This document shows positions 1 through 10,814 of a stretch of 64,000 bases of DNA, piece after piece. The position numbers and the translations under genes were made by a program. The stretch is from a virus (lineage: Duplodnaviria > Caudoviricetes). How positions within the stretch are numbered: the first letter of the stretch is position 1; every line of letters starts with the position of its first letter. Below the pieces are notes generated by a model. It made no database searches. It saw only the letters and a program-made list of their open reading frames with translations, and was not told where the DNA came from. The stretch is taken from positions 512,001 to 576,000 of the IMG/VR virus record IMGVR_UViG_3300021431_000075. One strand, given 5' to 3'.

Positions 1-2171
1 TTTAACTTCAATGTGTAGTCGTCATATGACGGCATATTTGTTGTCGGAAGGTTGTTGATTGCAAATTGCATGTGTTCGCTTCCCTTTACAATCTTGCTGT
101 ACTTCGACAATCTGGAACCTCTGAAGTACAAGTCCGCGCTAAGGTATCCATCCTCGTATCCGGTCGGACCCGGTCTCCATGGATTTAAAGGACCGATGTA
201 TATCGTAAAGTCCAAGTCATGCGGTCTTGAATAGTTTGACTGATAGTCATGCTCCAAGAATCTTCTCATATACGGGAACACCATTTCGCCAGTTGGAGAG
301 AGATTGTCAATGACATTAATCTGAAATGTGTTTCTCTGGATTTTCATCAATATGAACTTGACCCTTTCGTATCTCAAGTACCATGAGAAATTGTCCCTCT
401 CGTCGTCAGTCCATTTCCATATGATGTTCGGATCGTATATCGGAACACTTGTTTCATCTCCTGTATCTTCATCAATATCATTGTAGAATCTCGGCACGAC
501 ATCTTCCAGTGATGCATACATGCTGTCTCTCTCGTTCCAGAACAGCGAAAGAACTCGATTCCTACCGTCTGTTACGTTTATGCTGTATATGAGTTGCTGA
601 TTGGATATGATACTCCAGTTCAAAATCTTTGTTAGTATGTAGTAGTTTGACTGGTTTTTCTTCTTTTCATAACTGTATATGTAGTTCTTTCCGGACTTTG
701 TGAACGGAATTGCATCTTTTATATGCCTTTCATAATATTCGTTGAACTCGTCAGACTTATAGTAGTTTATGTAATCTGTTTCTCCATCGTATGCAGGCGG
801 TTCTTCATCTGTTATTGCAACAATCAGGTTGTTTACATCTTCAGTTGTTATTAGATTTATGATTGGCGGAACATACTTCTTCACTGAATGGATGTTGAGC
901 GTATAGTAATAGTACATCTTCTGACCGGTTGTCTCGTCAGTGATAGGAGTGTTCTTTAACTGATCGAATGATATTCTAAGGTCGCTTGTTATCTCAAGCC
1001 CTTCTGCCGTAAGAACTTCTGTTTCTTCTCCGGTGAGCGGATTGCACTCTGTTAGCACATAACCGATAGATTCATATATTTCCGTATCGGCAGACGGTCT
1101 AAAAAGGATTGTGCTTGGGTTCCGGTCTGTCGTGTTGTAAACCATATAGTTTGTCGGACTTATCAAGATTTCTGAAAAGTCCGTGTTGAGAACATCGTAC
1201 AGGTTGATTGAGTCGTCTGTTGATATGAAAATGATAACTGTATTGTTCTTCTTTGCATATATGTCTATTGTCACGTCGGATGACAGGTTCTTTATGTGGT
1301 AGTACTTTCCGAACTTGAAATCGATGGTGTCATAGTTTGGTCCAACTTGGCTTGCTGGTGTTCCGCCGTTGTCAGTCAGACAGCATCCGTTCGGTCTCAT
1401 CGTGAAACCGTTCAAGTCGAACTTGAGATAGTCCTGACCGCTGTCTGTGTCTTTTGTTCCCAGGTCCATGATTCTTGGTTTTGTCGCAGACGGTTTTTCA
1501 AACTTGAACCAGCACGCAGTTCCGCTCAATGTCGTGAAGATGACATCGAACGGATCGGTCGGAGCGTCGAACGGAGTATCTTCTGTCAATACGTTCATCG
1601 CATAAATCAGGTCTGCTGTCCATCTGACCGCGCCGCTTGACTGGACTATCGTCTTGTCAAGAACAAACGGTTTGAATCCGTGCAACTTGATAGTGACTTT
1701 CTTTTCCTTGTATATCGCATTCACGTCATCAAGAAGAACAAGGTTGTTTGAATCATATACCATGCCGTCGATGACCGGAGTCGTGCCCGGAAGCATTCCG
1801 TTGACATACAGTTCCGGCAACTGACCGACTTCGCCGGTGAACTTCACGGTCTTCTCGTCTTTTATCTTGACTTCCTCGACTGTCTCGTTTACCTTGTCTT
1901 CAACATATATGATTTTGTCATAGTTTTCTTCATCCTTGTTGTACAGTGTAACAGACAAGTTCTTGCAACGCTTTATCTCTGAATATGTCGGACATTTCTC
2001 AGACATTAGCGGGTTCATGAACCTTGTTGATGACGGATACTTGTTGACGAGTTCCGGACTGTGAGAGATGACCTTGTTCACGATTCTCTCCACATTGCAG
2101 ACCGATGCGTCTATCGGTTTCGGGATGACTATGTATGATGGAGGCGGAACTTGAATGTCGATTTGTGGCAT
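1..2171 (-). CDS. Large virion-associated/hypothetical protein, runs off the left edge of the window; paralog of 2255..5149
   Basis: Not in the ORF track. ATG at 2171 (MPQIDIQVPPPSYIVIPKP...); the same frame is open at the window edge (...NMPSYDDYTLKL). Shares motifs with the neighbour (CPTYSEIKR vs CAKYSEIRK; YDSNNLVLLDDV vs YDSQNRLVRLRDV). Late-promoter motif at 2202-2209. Confidence 0.75.
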   Translation of the reverse strand, partial: MPQIDIQVPPPSYIVIPKPIDASVCNVERIVNKVISHSPELVNKYPSSTRFMNPLMSEKCPTYSEIKRCKNLSVTLYNKDEENYDKIIYVEDKVNETVEEVKIKDEKTVKFTGEVGQLPELYVNGMLPGTTPVIDGMVYDSNNLVLLDDVNAIYKEKKVTIKLHGFKPFVLDKTIVQSSGAVRWTADLIYAMNVLTEDTPFDAPTDPFDVIFTTLSGTACWFKFEKPSATKPRIMDLGTKDTDSGQDYLKFDLNGFTMRPNGCCLTDNGGTPASQVGPNYDTIDFKFGKYYHIKNLSSDVTIDIYAKKNNTVIIFISTDDSINLYDVLNTDFSEILISPTNYMVYNTTDRNPSTILFRPSADTEIYESIGYVLTECNPLTGEETEVLTAEGLEITSDLRISFDQLKNTPITDETTGQKMYYYYTLNIHSVKKYVPPIINLITTEDVNNLIVAITDEEPPAYDGETDYINYYKSDEFNEYYERHIKDAIPFTKSGKNYIYSYEKKKNQSNYYILTKILNWSIISNQQLIYSINVTDGRNRVLSLFWNERDSMYASLEDVVPRFYNDIDEDTGDETSVPIYDPNIIWKWTDDERDNFSWYLRYERVKFILMKIQRNTFQINVIDNLSPTGEMVFPYMRRFLEHDYQSNYSRPHDLDFTIYIGPLNPWRPGPTGYEDGYLSADLYFRGSRLSKYSKIVKGSEHMQFAINNLPTTNMPSYDDYTLKL

Positions 2172-2214
2172 AATGGAAATGACCTGAATTTTCTTGTTAT
2201 GTATTTATCAAAAA

Positions 2215-2248
2215 ATAGAGCAGAATGCCATATTGCATCCTGCTCTAT
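2215..2248. terminator. Hairpin, probable intrinsic terminator
   Basis: ATAGAGCAG...CTGCTCTAT stem directly after the stop of 2255..5149, followed by a T-run on the minus strand. Confidence 0.6.
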
Positions 2249-2254
2249 CTGTTC

Positions 2255-5149
2255 TTATGTGATTCTGATGAATATGTCTCTTGAACCGTTTGCTCGAGGC
2301 GGAATCATCAGCCATTTCTTCGGTTCCTCTTCGCATGCCTCTCTCATATAGAGAATCGTCTCCGGCAATGCTCCGAACTGAATCAGTGTTCCGTTGCCAT
2401 ACTCTTCGAAGAAGCCTTCTGGGGATATGTACTCAATCGGTTCTGAGTTTTCAGGGAACTTTCCTGTTCCGGTTCCGATTATCTTCGTATAGCCGCCGTC
2501 CACGTCGCTCAATATGTACGAGTAGTTCAAGTATAGTTCATTCGTGCACCAGAGCTTGAGCTTGTACTGGTTGTTGTGCTTGTAAGATGTCGTCAGTGTA
2601 ACATATGGATTGCCGCTCTGGTTCTCTGTTATGACTGTTGACGTGTCGTTCGGATTATCCCAGTCGTCTCTCCACACAGCGACATTGATATGGTTGTCTT
2701 CTGATGAAATCGAGTATGTATATACAGGAATGACAGACGGTCTGACGAACACGTCGATTTCGTCATACTCGTAGAAATATTCGAAAGTGTCGGCTTCCAT
2801 CGAGATTTCAAAAACGCCTTCTTCCTCGTTAGGAACTCCATAAGTGTCTGTCTGCACATGCTCTTGCCAGTTTCCCTTATAACCGCGCATGAAGTACTCG
2901 ATTGATGATATCTTTTGGCTTATTTCCGGAAGAAGAACAATCTTGAACCTGAAGTCAAATCCGGAAGTCATCTTGTATTTCCATAGCGAATAGAACATGC
3001 CGAGGTCTTGGACGACTCCGGAGCCTTCTGTTCCGTTGGATGTCATTGTCGTATCTGAAGTTTCCGGATTGTCGATAATGACATTCAGATTGCTTACAGA
3101 CAGCATGTCGTCATCCAAGAAATATATGTTGACAGTCTTCGGAATGTACTTCTTCATGCTTCGGATTGTCATTATGTAGTAGAAGTCGCCATTGACGAAC
3201 AGGTTCGTGTTCGTGTATGTTATGCTCTTTGCTTCTCTTGAGTCTGTGTCTGGCGGTCCGACCGGAGAGTTGTCTGAATATGCCATTCTCTGCATTGAAT
3301 ATGATATGACATCATTCGGACCGGTTTCCGTTATGGTCAGGCTTGTCTTGTTGTTATAATAGTTGTCCGCCTTTGTCGTATATGAATAACCTTCTATGTA
3401 CTCGTTAAAGTAGTTCTCGAATACCTTGATTGTGTCAGGCATCTTGTCTATCAACACATTGACCACGTCTATCTTTTGCGTGTCTATGTATATTGTAACA
3501 TCTCGTGACGGATTCGTTACAAGAGTGCCGTTGTTTTGGGCGTTGTTCGTGTTAGTCTTTCTGTTACCTAACATATAACTCCATTTCTTGATGATGGTAG
3601 GATCGTCTGCGAAAGGAGTCCAGCTGCATTTGATATAGACTATGTCATCTTCTGTCTCAAGTTCACAAGCGCCATCGTCAGGATATTCATAGTTTATTTT
3701 TTCAGATGGACTAAAGTTCATATCTTGCATATGAATCTGCATGAGTTCCAAATCTTCAGTCCCGGCAGGCGCGAATCCGATGAACACGTTTATGTTCGAC
3801 ATGACGACAAACCGGACCTTTCTTGGGATGTACTTCTCTTTCGGACGCAAGAAAAGAGAGCCGGAGAACCAGTCGATGTTTGACATAGGTCTCGGTCTCG
3901 GACGAATCGGGATGAATCCGGGAGTTGAACCTGCGCTTGTGTCTGTTGTTTCGGTTTCCGATTCTCTTACATATGTCATTTGAACCGTGCAAAAATCTCC
4001 ACTTACATATTGTTCCACATTGTCTGAATATGCGAGACGGCGTCCGTCTTTGTCATAGTATGTGCGCAAGTAGAGAATGCCGTCATATGCTCTTGAATCC
4101 TTTAGAGATACGTAGAAAGTTGCAGAATCAAGATGGTCGTATGATGTGAGGTATGTTGTTACAGTGTCATAGTAGTTCAAGACATACTCGTTGGTTGAGG
4201 CGTCTATGACGTCAAGGTCTCCCTGTGAAGATATGCTGATGACTCTACGCTCGATGACTTTTGCCACTATGTCGAATGTCAAGTCATCAATGATGTTGTC
4301 GAACTCATAGTCGGAGTCAAACAGGAACTCTTCGTCTTCAATCTCGATGCCGTTGACAAAACATTTGAACGACTCGTACCTGTTCGGAATGTCTTGGCAA
4401 TCCGGATTCATCTCGAATGTAAACGTGGTTCCTCTATCAAGAATGAATCTTATTGTCTGTTCATCTGTTATATATGAGATATAAGTGCAGTCAAGCGGTG
4501 TTCCGTCATCTTCGAAAATCTCTTTAAATATATCTTCTATCGGAGTGTTGATTGGAACGTTCCAGTTGATAAAGTTGAACGTAATCGTAAATACTCTGTC
4601 TTCGATTAGAACATCACGGAGTCGCACAAGCCGGTTCTGTGAATCATACATGTTTCGGACATAGTCGTCGATTTCATCTTCCGGTTTGGAACCGCGAATT
4701 CTGAGTTTTGACAACTGGTACCGTTCGCCGTTGAATTTGAATGTCTCTGCTGGAATCTCGCTCGTTTCCGGATGCTCCCTGTCAAGAGATATTGTGACTT
4801 CTTGTTCATCAGACTTTCGTATCTCTGAATATTTTGCACAATGGTAGTATAAAACTTTTTCAAGTAACGGCTTTCTTGTTCTTGGGTTGAACCCTATTGT
4901 AATATACACCTCTGTATCCGGCGTGACTTCGAAATCTCTTCCATACATCTGGTAAATGTACGGAGAGTCGTCTATGTATTCGCCGACAACGCTTTCAAGC
5001 GTACACATCGGATAATACTTGATGTCTTCTGTTTCTGTTTCTGAAATATCTACAGTTATGATTTCAGAGGCGTCTATGCCGCCCATCGAAGTGTTTGAAA
5101 TGCCAAGAACATGTTCGCCAAGATAACTCTCATCGACAAAATTATCCAT
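2255..5149 (-). CDS. Large acidic, beta-rich putative structural protein (964 aa)
   Basis: Long ORF with Y/T/D/I-rich composition, late promoter motif at 5177-5184 and a paralogous neighbour. Confidence 0.6.
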   Translation of the reverse strand: MDNFVDESYLGEHVLGISNTSMGGIDASEIITVDISETETEDIKYYPMCTLESVVGEYIDDSPYIYQMYGRDFEVTPDTEVYITIGFNPRTRKPLLEKVLYYHCAKYSEIRKSDEQEVTISLDREHPETSEIPAETFKFNGERYQLSKLRIRGSKPEDEIDDYVRNMYDSQNRLVRLRDVLIEDRVFTITFNFINWNVPINTPIEDIFKEIFEDDGTPLDCTYISYITDEQTIRFILDRGTTFTFEMNPDCQDIPNRYESFKCFVNGIEIEDEEFLFDSDYEFDNIIDDLTFDIVAKVIERRVISISSQGDLDVIDASTNEYVLNYYDTVTTYLTSYDHLDSATFYVSLKDSRAYDGILYLRTYYDKDGRRLAYSDNVEQYVSGDFCTVQMTYVRESETETTDTSAGSTPGFIPIRPRPRPMSNIDWFSGSLFLRPKEKYIPRKVRFVVMSNINVFIGFAPAGTEDLELMQIHMQDMNFSPSEKINYEYPDDGACELETEDDIVYIKCSWTPFADDPTIIKKWSYMLGNRKTNTNNAQNNGTLVTNPSRDVTIYIDTQKIDVVNVLIDKMPDTIKVFENYFNEYIEGYSYTTKADNYYNNKTSLTITETGPNDVISYSMQRMAYSDNSPVGPPDTDSREAKSITYTNTNLFVNGDFYYIMTIRSMKKYIPKTVNIYFLDDDMLSVSNLNVIIDNPETSDTTMTSNGTEGSGVVQDLGMFYSLWKYKMTSGFDFRFKIVLLPEISQKISSIEYFMRGYKGNWQEHVQTDTYGVPNEEEGVFEISMEADTFEYFYEYDEIDVFVRPSVIPVYTYSISSEDNHINVAVWRDDWDNPNDTSTVITENQSGNPYVTLTTSYKHNNQYKLKLWCTNELYLNYSYILSDVDGGYTKIIGTGTGKFPENSEPIEYISPEGFFEEYGNGTLIQFGALPETILYMREACEEEPKKWLMIPPRANGSRDIFIRIT

Positions 5150-5286
5150 TAGAAACCAAGAGGATATACATTTTTGTATTTATCAAATATGAGAGTTTTG
5201 TCTTGTTTTTAAAGCATAAAACAAGACAAGTTCTTGAATTGCTTTTTGCATGGTTCAAGAACTTGTCCATTTGTTATTTTTGAAAT

Positions 5287-6513
5287 TTAGATGAATATCG
5301 GCATCCCTTCGTCCAGCGGTCTTGTATTGCTTAGTTTCTTCTCCAAGTCGCTGAATACTGCCGCTGTGAGCGCTTTCTTCTTGTTCGCGCCCTCGTATTC
5401 TGTTCCTTTCAGAAGTTCTTGCGCTCTCATGTTCTGGAATGATGTTCCGGAACAGTTTCTTACCATATAGTCGATGGTTTCCTTGTAGTCGCATATGTAC
5501 TTCGGAAACATCTCGCTGTTCAGTTCAACAAGCTGTCTCTGTCGCAGCAGTCTTTCGTTATAGTCTATGTCATCGACATGCTTCTTGCAAATCTTGTCAA
5601 GAGCGTCCGGCATCTTGTTGATGTTCTCTACAAGAGATTGAACGCTGTCCGAACCTGTCTGCTCCAGAATCTTCTTTGCTTTCAGCGGAGTTATTCTTAT
5701 AAGCTTTCCGTTCTTGTAGTAACCGTAGAATGACGGAACATTGTCTCCGTCATCTCCGCACAGAATCTTGTTCAGAACCACCATGTTCGGATTGTCCGGA
5801 TAAAGTTCGATAATGGAATTCGTTCTTATAAGTTCTTTTACGTAGTATTTCTGCGGGTCGAAACTCGTGAAGAATATGTCATTCACTTCAGGCTCGTTAT
5901 ACCAGTCCATGAACTCCTTTGTTACATACATTCTTCGGTTGCTGTTCTTTCCGCGGCCTGTCGTGTTATACACGACGCAGAACTGCTTCGTCTCCTTGTT
6001 GAATGATATGAGCTGCCTGATATCCGCATCTGCGCTGACAATGATTATATTGTAGTCCGGATGCTTCTCGAAAACGTCTTCCTTGATGAGCGCGATGATG
6101 TCATCGGCTTCTGCATGCTCGACATTTGCCACGTGCATATTCCTTTTTCTGAGAATCTCAAGTAAGTCGTCTGAACACTTGTATATGTTTTCCCAGTTCA
6201 CGTTCGGATCCTTGTCGCGATTGCTCTTGTAACCGTCTGATCCGGGAAGAATGTTCTTTCTCCATGCATGCTGCCCGTCTGTTGCTATGATGATGTTGGA
6301 CGGGTTGAACATGTTGATGACAGAGCAGACGTCAACAGCAAACTTGTTCGTGAATGACTTGAGATCCTCTTCAAGCTCGTAGCCGCTGACGACATGACCG
6401 AAGATTTTGTGTATGTACAGACTCCTGAACATCAGGTTCGACCAGTCGATGACCAGCAGAACCTTGGAGTTTGCCACATTGATATTTGTATTCAAATTAT
6501 TAGTTATCATCAC
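5287..6513 (-). CDS. rnh: T4-type RNase H / 5'-3' exonuclease (FEN family)
   Basis: Motifs VIDWSN, GYKSNR, AEADDIIA, SADADIRQL, GDDGDNVP. Confidence 0.88.
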   Translation of the reverse strand: MMITNNLNTNINVANSKVLLVIDWSNLMFRSLYIHKIFGHVVSGYELEEDLKSFTNKFAVDVCSVINMFNPSNIIIATDGQHAWRKNILPGSDGYKSNRDKDPNVNWENIYKCSDDLLEILRKRNMHVANVEHAEADDIIALIKEDVFEKHPDYNIIIVSADADIRQLISFNKETKQFCVVYNTTGRGKNSNRRMYVTKEFMDWYNEPEVNDIFFTSFDPQKYYVKELIRTNSIIELYPDNPNMVVLNKILCGDDGDNVPSFYGYYKNGKLIRITPLKAKKILEQTGSDSVQSLVENINKMPDALDKICKKHVDDIDYNERLLRQRQLVELNSEMFPKYICDYKETIDYMVRNCSGTSFQNMRAQELLKGTEYEGANKKKALTAAVFSDLEKKLSNTRPLDEGMPIFI

Positions 6514-6547
6514 TAATATTTACGATTTCTCTATTTATTGTTAAAAA

Positions 6548-6576
6548 GGTATACTAACGGTTTAACAAAAAGTTTA
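6548..6576 (-). promoter_or_regulatory. Phage middle-type promoter TAAACT-N17-TATACC
   Basis: One of six copies with exact 17-bp spacing, mostly upstream of replication genes. Confidence 0.7.
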
Positions 6577-6602
6577 AATAATTAGCGATGTTTTGTGATA
6601 AT

Positions 6603-8117
6603 TTATAGAGGTCCGTGGAAAATAAAGTCTCCGAACACGCTTCTTGAAGTCGGTCCCCACCCTGTCAGTATGGACAGAACGAACCAGATGTTCTTTAATG
6701 AAAGTCTCTTGTATCTCGGAAACGTGTCCGCTCCCTGCACGACGATACCCTCAAGCATCTGGAACATCTTCTTGATTCTTGGAACATTTTCAGAGCTCAA
6801 TAGATAGCGGACCTTGAATGCGGTCGGGTCAAGAAAGTACTCGACATCTTGTATCGGCGGGAATGCGGCGCGGATGATGCTCTCTATCTTTTCATAGTCC
6901 ATGATGTTCGTCCAGTTCGGTGACATCAGCGCAATGTTCGTTTTCGGGATGATTTCGACAAAGAGTCTGCCGGCGGTCAACGGATTCTGAGCAGACTTTG
7001 CAGTCATTAGCCACCCGTAGCTTTGTGGATGGATTCCCATGAACGGATTGTTCAGCATCGTTATTATGTGGTTCATTGACTCGTTGAACGCTTTCTGCAT
7101 CTGCGCGACCACGCTCAACATCTGTGTTATTTGCGAGAATATGTTCTGCATGACTCCGTCAAGTGTTCCGAACTTGACTTTCCGCAGAAGGTCAAGCAGC
7201 AAATCATTCTTTGCAATCATCAGATTGTTGATGATGACCTTTATCTGCAGAAATAGAGCGTCTATCCGAAGTGTCACATATTCCCTGTATTCAAGCGGAA
7301 GAATAACTTTTCCTCTGATGAATTCCGGCAGACCTGTTATGAGATTCAGAGCGGCATCCATCATGTTCAGTTTCTCCTGAATAAGCCTTATCGTAGCAAG
7401 CGTCTTTTCCGCTTTCTTGGAAACCTTGTCTCTTGCTTTCTCTGCTCTGTACCTTGTCGCGCAAGTCTTTGAGCAGTATCCGTTCTTGAGCAACTGGTCC
7501 ACATATTTTCCGCAATACGGACATTTCTGCTTCTTTGTTGGTATGGTTCCGGTCTTGTCGAATGACGACTCGTTCTCTGTCGATGACAATGTGAATGCTC
7601 TGTCGTGCATCTCGAACTTGATGCCGTTCTTGAATACACATCTGTTCAGCATGTATACGCTGTCTTCGAATTGGGCGAATCTTTTCAAGTATTCAGTCGG
7701 ATTCTCGAACTGCTCTGCGTTCCATTGTCCGGTTTTATTGTCAATCTTGAGACCGAACGCTTCTTCTGTTATGATTCCATCTTCGGAAAAGAACTGCAGA
7801 CTTGTTATGTCGTTCGGATTCGGAACAACTTTCGTGCTTTCTATATAGCTTTTGTATGCATTCTCATAGTCTGTCATCTTCTTGTTGTACATATCAGACA
7901 GTTGCTTTTGAGAGAACTTGCTGTCTCTTTTCTGCATTTCTGTGTTGTAGAACTTGTCATTCTCTGCACTGACAAGGGACTTGATGTATGCATAAAGTTC
8001 CTGCGTGTGCGTCGCTATGGCACCGATTAGAACTTTCGAGTTGAAAGTGTTTCCATAGTTGTCTGTATAGAAAGCCTGTATCCTCGGTCCTTCTGTTTTG
8101 ACTGTAAAAGAAGCCAT
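6603..8117 (-). CDS. Hypothetical protein with a CxxC...CxxxC zinc finger and helical C-terminus (504 aa)
   Basis: CPYCGK...YCSKTC; late motif at 8189-8196. Confidence 0.6.
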   Translation of the reverse strand: MASFTVKTEGPRIQAFYTDNYGNTFNSKVLIGAIATHTQELYAYIKSLVSAENDKFYNTEMQKRDSKFSQKQLSDMYNKKMTDYENAYKSYIESTKVVPNPNDITSLQFFSEDGIITEEAFGLKIDNKTGQWNAEQFENPTEYLKRFAQFEDSVYMLNRCVFKNGIKFEMHDRAFTLSSTENESSFDKTGTIPTKKQKCPYCGKYVDQLLKNGYCSKTCATRYRAEKARDKVSKKAEKTLATIRLIQEKLNMMDAALNLITGLPEFIRGKVILPLEYREYVTLRIDALFLQIKVIINNLMIAKNDLLLDLLRKVKFGTLDGVMQNIFSQITQMLSVVAQMQKAFNESMNHIITMLNNPFMGIHPQSYGWLMTAKSAQNPLTAGRLFVEIIPKTNIALMSPNWTNIMDYEKIESIIRAAFPPIQDVEYFLDPTAFKVRYLLSSENVPRIKKMFQMLEGIVVQGADTFPRYKRLSLKNIWFVLSILTGWGPTSRSVFGDFIFHGPL

Positions 8118-8212
8118 TGTTCTATAATAGAAATGCCGATAAACGATTGTTGGAAATCATTTTATCGGCACTGTTTTAATCGTTTCTCTATTTATCAAAT
8201 GAACTTGCAAAA

Positions 8213-8614
8213 TCATAGATTGCATTCGATGATCTTCGTCTTTCTGAACCGCTCGACAAAGAACACTTCCTCGAATACGCTGTGCAGGTTCTTGTGTTTT
8301 GCCACATTCGCGTTGTCTATCAGCACGAACTTGTCTATGTTAGGGTCGTCGCCGAACTTTGCCTTAAGCGAATGGTACAGAGTCTCGGAAAGGTTCTTGT
8401 TGATGTATATGATTCCCTGATACTTCTTCAACTTGGACATCGAGAGGATGTCTGTCGTTATCTCGTTGTTGATGTAGTACACGTTCGACGGCTTTGTTAT
8501 GTCGAGATTCAGACTTGATATGAAATTCTGAACATCTAATACATAGAAGTTCTTGATGTTGACTATCAAGTTCTGCAGTTTAGAATATGGTTCGGATGTG
8601 ACATATATATTCAT
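8213..8614 (-). CDS. Hypothetical protein (133 aa)
   Basis: ORF in the co-oriented gene run with phage-like codon use. Confidence 0.6.
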   Translation of the reverse strand: MNIYVTSEPYSKLQNLIVNIKNFYVLDVQNFISSLNLDITKPSNVYYINNEITTDILSMSKLKKYQGIIYINKNLSETLYHSLKAKFGDDPNIDKFVLIDNANVAKHKNLHSVFEEVFFVERFRKTKIIECNL

Positions 8615-8659
8615 TTTTGATAATGAAACACGACTCTTTTTAATTTTTGATATATTGGA

Positions 8660-9889
8660 TTAGTCATTGCCTTGACTTTCTTCCTTCTTTGCATTGCTTG
8701 CCGAACTTTGCTTATAGAACTGTCCAAGACCGGCAGAAATTGATTCACGAACTTCTTCGATAGGAATAGTCGAAGTTAGACTATTTATGAACTTTTCCGC
8801 AAGACCTTCTTCGTAAACGTTACTGATAGTGTTATAAACTTCAACCGGCGGAAGAGTCAATCCAATTGACATCTTGATTTTGCACTTTTTCTTCTTTGAG
8901 CGAGAAATCATATTATTTATTAAGACATCATCTTCATCAGCATATTCCTGTTTCGGAGAACATTCATATGCAAGTCCGTCTTTTTTCAATAGCAGTTCTT
9001 TGAACTCGTCAATGGTGAACTTGAAATCGTAGTCTCCGAATTTAATTTCAATAGTTTCTGCTTTCCAGTGTTTAGACTGCCAGTCCAAGTCAATAGTCAG
9101 TTCATGTGATATTAAATCTTTCTGGTCTATTGGTTTGCAAGCGATTCCACAAGAGTTGTAATCATGAACATCTGTCACATATGTTAAATGCTCGTTCGGA
9201 ACAAATTCACAACTTGACTGTTGCTGCGGAACTGGCTGTGATGTTTGTTGTGGAACAGGTTGCTGTGTGCTCGGTTTTTGAATAGCAGGAGCCGGAGCTA
9301 CAGGCACTTGGTTGCTTTGCTGATATGCATCAGTAGTAGTCTCGTCGATTTCTGTCAGAATAGGTAGTTCTTCGAAGTTCGTGCTTATGACTTTTGTCTT
9401 AAGCAGATTCTTTCCGGGTTTTCCAAGTTCAAGTTCCGGATGAAGCGAGAGACGATAGTTGTCAAGCGGGTCGTACTCGAATCTTAAAGGAACTTTTGGC
9501 TGGATAAAGTCGATTCTGATTCCTTCTTTCAAATCCTGTGTTATCTGGAGATTCTGACCGCCCATGCCGGACACGTGCACGCCTGGGTCCGGAGCCTCGT
9601 ATACGACTCCGTCGTCTGCTTTCATTTTCTTGGAAGATGCCTTGACTTCATGTCGTTCAAGAGTCCATTTGTATTGTGGACCGTACAGTTCAATCATAAT
9701 TCTTCTGTTCAGCTTCGGATCTGTTTCCTTAACAGTACCAATGAATAGTTCATTGCACTTGCTTCCATCTTCGAAATAGTACAGTGTCATCTCATCGTCA
9801 GAGATGTCGTCTATATATTTCAGTTTCGTGACTTTCTGGTTCACAGTGTCGTTTTCCAAAATCTCAAGATGCTGATAAAACTTTGACAT
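8660..9889 (-). CDS. Hypothetical protein with a Q/P-rich linker (409 aa)
   Basis: Long ORF; AATAAATA motif at 9921-9928. Confidence 0.65.
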   Translation of the reverse strand: MSKFYQHLEILENDTVNQKVTKLKYIDDISDDEMTLYYFEDGSKCNELFIGTVKETDPKLNRRIMIELYGPQYKWTLERHEVKASSKKMKADDGVVYEAPDPGVHVSGMGGQNLQITQDLKEGIRIDFIQPKVPLRFEYDPLDNYRLSLHPELELGKPGKNLLKTKVISTNFEELPILTEIDETTTDAYQQSNQVPVAPAPAIQKPSTQQPVPQQTSQPVPQQQSSCEFVPNEHLTYVTDVHDYNSCGIACKPIDQKDLISHELTIDLDWQSKHWKAETIEIKFGDYDFKFTIDEFKELLLKKDGLAYECSPKQEYADEDDVLINNMISRSKKKKCKIKMSIGLTLPPVEVYNTISNVYEEGLAEKFINSLTSTIPIEEVRESISAGLGQFYKQSSASNAKKEESQGND

Positions 9890-9923
9890 ATATAATGTTT
9901 CAATTAGTTTTCAATTTTTCTAT

Positions 9924-10136
9924 TTATTTGTCATCCAGTTCATTCTCGACTTCGATTTCGAAGTCTTCAAAGCCGAGAACCTTGCAGTCATATTCACAGT
10001 TGTCATCCGCTTTATTGTCAGCGTCAAAATGATCATCTTTGCTGTTGTTATTGTGAAATATGTGTATCAAGAAGTTCCAAATTTTTCTAAACATAGTTTG
10101 TCTTTCTTCTGGGGACAGTAGAGAATGCTGAAGCAA
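9924..10136 (-). CDS. Small acidic hypothetical protein (start possibly the internal MFRKIW)
   Basis: Fills the gap between co-oriented genes. Confidence 0.4.
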   Translation of the reverse strand: MLQHSLLSPEERQTMFRKIWNFLIHIFHNNNSKDDHFDADNKADDNCEYDCKVLGFEDFEIEVENELDDK

Positions 10137-10179
10137 AAAGCAATAAGATAAAGACTGTTATTGTATCAAAAATCAAGAA

Positions 10180-10557
10180 TTAATCAGCAGATTCTGTCTG
10201 AATTATCTCTGGTTCTGCTGTTTTCTTGCGTTTCTTTGCGGTCGGTTGCTCTTGTGGGAACTCCGGTGCCATCATGTTTACTTTGTTCGCGCCGATGGAC
10301 GATGATATTGACTTTATGCCCATCAGACCGGCTGAAATTCCGAACACTGTGATGATCTTGTCAATGAACAGGAGAATCACTGCCGACTCCTTGACATTGA
10401 ACATATAGAAAATCACAAGAACAACAAACAGCATCATGCATACAAGCGATGAAATGAGACCGATAGTCTTTGTGGAACTTGTCTTTCCGCTGTTGTTCAG
10501 GAATATCTCAACCAGAGAGAATTTTGTTGCATCATATGGCATGGCAAAAGTCATCAT
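10180..10557 (-). CDS. Small membrane protein, holin-like (two hydrophobic helices, basic C-terminus)
   Basis: Segments IGLISSLVCMMLFVVLVIFYMF and IITVFGISAGLMGI; KKRKK tail; late motif at 10564-10571. Confidence 0.45.
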   Translation of the reverse strand: MMTFAMPYDATKFSLVEIFLNNSGKTSSTKTIGLISSLVCMMLFVVLVIFYMFNVKESAVILLFIDKIITVFGISAGLMGIKSISSSIGANKVNMMAPEFPQEQPTAKKRKKTAEPEIIQTESAD

Positions 10558-10562
10558 TTTCT

Positions 10563-10724
10563 CTATTTATCAATAGAAGGAACCAAAATGCGGATTATAG
10601 TGAATAAATGCTTCTTTAACTTGACAAATTTTATATATGCTTTTGGATGAAATGTCTTGATTTCATAAATCCACAAGTCGAATGACTGTGGAATGCTGAA
10701 GCCTTTCAATATGTATTTTATCAT
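10563..10724 (-). CDS. Unlisted 53-aa ORF (MIKYILKGFSIPQSFDLWIY...)
   Basis: Begins about 28 bp downstream of the promoter at 10752-10780; ends in TAG at 10563. Confidence 0.4.
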   Translation of the reverse strand: MIKYILKGFSIPQSFDLWIYEIKTFHPKAYIKFVKLKKHLFTIIRILVPSIDK

Positions 10725-10751
10725 CGCTTTTTTGCTAAAAACTCTTTTGAA

Positions 10752-10780
10752 AGTATACTATATAATGTACAAATAGTTTA
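10752..10780 (-). promoter_or_regulatory. Phage middle-type promoter TAAACT-N17-TATACT
   Basis: Exact consensus and spacing. Confidence 0.7.
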
Positions 10781-10788
10781 AAAAGAGA

Positions 10789-10814
10789 TATGGGTACTCT
10801 CGCGAGCACCCATA
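10789..10814 (-). terminator. Intrinsic terminator with a GNRA (GCGA) tetraloop
   Basis: Minus strand reads TATGGGTGCTC-GCGA-GAGTACCCATA, followed by TCTCTTTT. Confidence 0.75.
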